Program-made: the position numbers and the translations under genes
Shown: one piece after another, positions 61,791-64,000 of the stretch
Layout: each line of letters begins with the position of its first letter
Numbering within the stretch: the first letter of the stretch is position 1
NCBI GenBank assembly: GCA_013265495.1
Contig: MU060486.1
Span: 744,001-808,000, forward strand
DNA length: 64,000 nt
Direction of reading: 5' to 3'
Source: Vicugna vicugna
Taxonomy: Eukaryota
Notes under the pieces: model-generated
Told to the model about the DNA's origin: nothing
Seen by the model: only the letters and a program-made list of their open reading frames with translations
Database searches by the model: none

Positions 61791-62809
61791 GTACATGTTG
61801 CGTGTTTGTGCTGAATGTATGCAGTAAGTATGGAGAACACATATGCATCATAGTTTTAAGAACATGTGCTGTGGACTGAATGCTCTCTTCTGCTGGCTGG
61901 GCTGTTGGCCATTCCTCTTTGCCAGCATCGCTGGAACCTCCCTTTCTCCCCCGGTGACCCAGAGCGACTGGTTTAATCCCCATCTCTTCTTGCCTCTGCT
62001 CTCTCTCCACTTCTGCTTGCCGCTGTGATCTCTTTATTTTTACCCGTGGAAGTTATAGGATACGCAGGAATTGCTGCCTACCCGGGCTAACCTTCAAAGT
62101 TATCGGAGAGGGAAGAAATCTCTCTTTTTTTAAATTTCCATTTTACTCCCCTTTTCTCTCTGGATTGTCCCATTTTTCTCTGAGAATTGTTTCCATCCTC
62201 ACAGGGTGTCCCTGAGGCTCTTTCTGCCCCGTCTCCATGTTCTATCCCAGAATTAAATTTGAAAGGTTGGTGAGAGCCTGTTTGCTGAATTGAGTCAGTG
62301 TCAAGGTGAGAAAATTTGAAAGGAGATGGGTTTGTACTGGTGTGTCTTCTGTCGCTGGAGGGCAGGTGAACAACCTCCAGGGTCGCCGTGGCCTCTGGTC
62401 CTTGCCTCCTGAGCGTGCCTCGTGGAGCAGTGAGGACGACTGGGCTGCGAGTGGCAGGAACCTCACATCAGAGGCTTCGTCAGTAGGAGCTTTATTATCT
62501 CCTACGACAAGGAGCCCGGAGTTAGGAAATAGCAAAGTTGGTCAATTCAGCACCTTCGTGATGTGACGACTTTGTTAGCGTCCCTGCACTTCTCACCTTC
62601 TCCTCACTCAGCTCTCAGCATCACACCGTCACGTGGTACCATCCAGAGACAGGAGCGAATAGACAGGAGCGAATAAGAGTTAGGCCTGTACTTCTAAACA
62701 AATCAAATAGGAACACGTTTTTCCCAGCTCACCCAACGACTTTTTCAGTCTCACTGGCCAGATGTGAGTCAGGTGCTCCCAGCTGGATGATTAACGAGCT
62801 GCCATTTCA

Positions 62810-63455
62810 GTTCAAGAAGACAGACACTAACCAAAGTTGGCGAGGGTGCATAGAGACTGGGACCCTCACACGCTGCTGGTGGGAACGTAAAAGGCTACGG
62901 CTACTTCGAAAAGAGTTTGGCAGTTTAACAGAAATTTCAACATTAGCTTGTCTTACGACCCAGCGATTTTATTCATAGGTATTTACCCAAAAGGAACGAA
63001 AATGTATGTCCGTAAGAAGACTTGTACCCGAAAGTTCACAGCAGCGTCATTCACACCAGAAAACAGCTGGAAACAAGGCAGACGTCTGTCAGCTGGTGAA
63101 ACAAACAGACAACAAAGTGTGAGCTGAAACACGTAAACGTGAATGAACCCGGAAAACGCTGTGCTATAAAGGGCAGCAGGTACACGTAACAAAAGGTGGC
63201 ATGACTCCATTTTCATAAAATGTCCGGAGAAGGTGGATCTGTAGAGAAGAAGTCGATTAGGGCTGCCCGCGTCGGGTGGCAACGGGAGCAGCAGCGGGTG
63301 GGGAGTCACATCTTTCAGGCTGCTAGGAAGGCTCTGAACCTGGCTTGTGGGGACTGTAGCACGACTCTGTACTTTTACTAAAAACCGTTAGATTCTTCTT
63401 AAAGTGAATTGATTTATGGTACGGAAGTTATGCCTCAATAAAATTGTTTAAAAAT
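62810..63455 (+). mobile_element. L1ME/MD-type 3' end (end of ORF2 plus 3' UTR)
   Basis: 'gctgctggtgggaacgtaaaa...ttacgacccagcgattttattcataggtatttacccaaaagg...' through 'cctcaataaaattgtttaaaaa'. Confidence 0.85.
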
Positions 63456-64000
63456 ATATAGCACAGAAATTAAATAACCAGCAAATAGCCAGCAGAAAAC
63501 AGAGATTCATGCTGAAAAGTCTGTACACGATCTCTGTTGCTCTCTCAGCTAGAAAGTCGATTATAGAAAGGCGAAGAGGAGACAGGATTCTTGTTCTCAG
63601 GGGCCGCCCAGCCCTGCCCACCACTGGTGTGGCTCGGAGGGGACGCCTGACTCTCCTGGCCTCCCACTGGCCCAGTAAGCAGAGTCAAAGGTTAGAATCC
63701 TATTAGCTGAATGAGCAGAACATACTTTCATAGCTTTTCTCTTGATTTCTTTTATCTCTGTACCATCCTGTGAGGCAGGCTGGACGGATATTTCGGGTCC
63801 CTTTTAGATCATAAAATGGCAGACCTGTTACTAAGATGAAGTCACGTCTGGCTTTCAAACAGCTTCCAAGCCCTCTTTCCTTCCGCGCTCAGCCCCGCCT
63901 TCCCGTCCTCCTGGGCAGCTTCGCGTCTAGTACCAGAGTGACATAAAAGTCCTCCTCCTGCTCCTTTTTCTCCTGACAGAAAGAACAGCAAGGCTGTATT

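Larger units (their letters stand above)
16032..64000 (+). other. OPCML: Start of OPCML intron 1 (exon 1a transcript); continues beyond the window
   Basis: GT donor at 16032. I did not find the next IgLON exon (VPVRSGDATFPK) or exon 1b (MGVCGYLFLPW) in the window. The human intron is known to be hundreds of kb. Confidence 0.75.

Noticed and set aside
1-64000. Hundreds of 60-280 aa ORFs on both strands in the ORF track
   Set aside because: They are rich in Pro/Arg/Gly/Ala/Ser, overlap in all frames and show no recognisable domain. This is expected where high GC makes stop codons rare.

Overview
Mammalian genomic DNA, most likely a camelid (alpaca/camel), judged from three tRNA-derived SINEs of the camelid type. 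The only supportable coding sequence is a 61-nt first coding exon at 15971-16031 (+). It encodes MHHPACWAVFSVTVALLFIP-G and ends at a GT donor; I recognise it as distal exon 1a (signal peptide) of the IgLON gene OPCML, based on the recalled human sequence [21 protein letters not shown]. Bases 1-15.9 kb are upstream/promoter sequence and 16032-64000 is most simply the start of the very long first intron. The rest is old transposon fossils (L1, HAL1, L2, MIR, hAT), SINEs, one ERV solo LTR, simple repeats and two assembly gaps. The hundreds of listed ORFs are chance ORFs of GC-rich non-coding DNA. I found no CRISPR array, rRNA, true tRNA or new multi-gene system. The best leads are: (1) an apparent AT-to-GC shift seen in repeat fossils and in the OPCML signal peptide, consistent with GC-biased gene conversion; (2) a solo LTR with mirrored TATA-containing inverted arms and an NF-Y/octamer array 11 kb upstream of exon 1a; (3) a dense TAATTA homeodomain-site island near 49.9 kb. 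Repeat family names and human comparisons come from memory of consensus sequences, not from a search, and most repeat boundaries are approximate.
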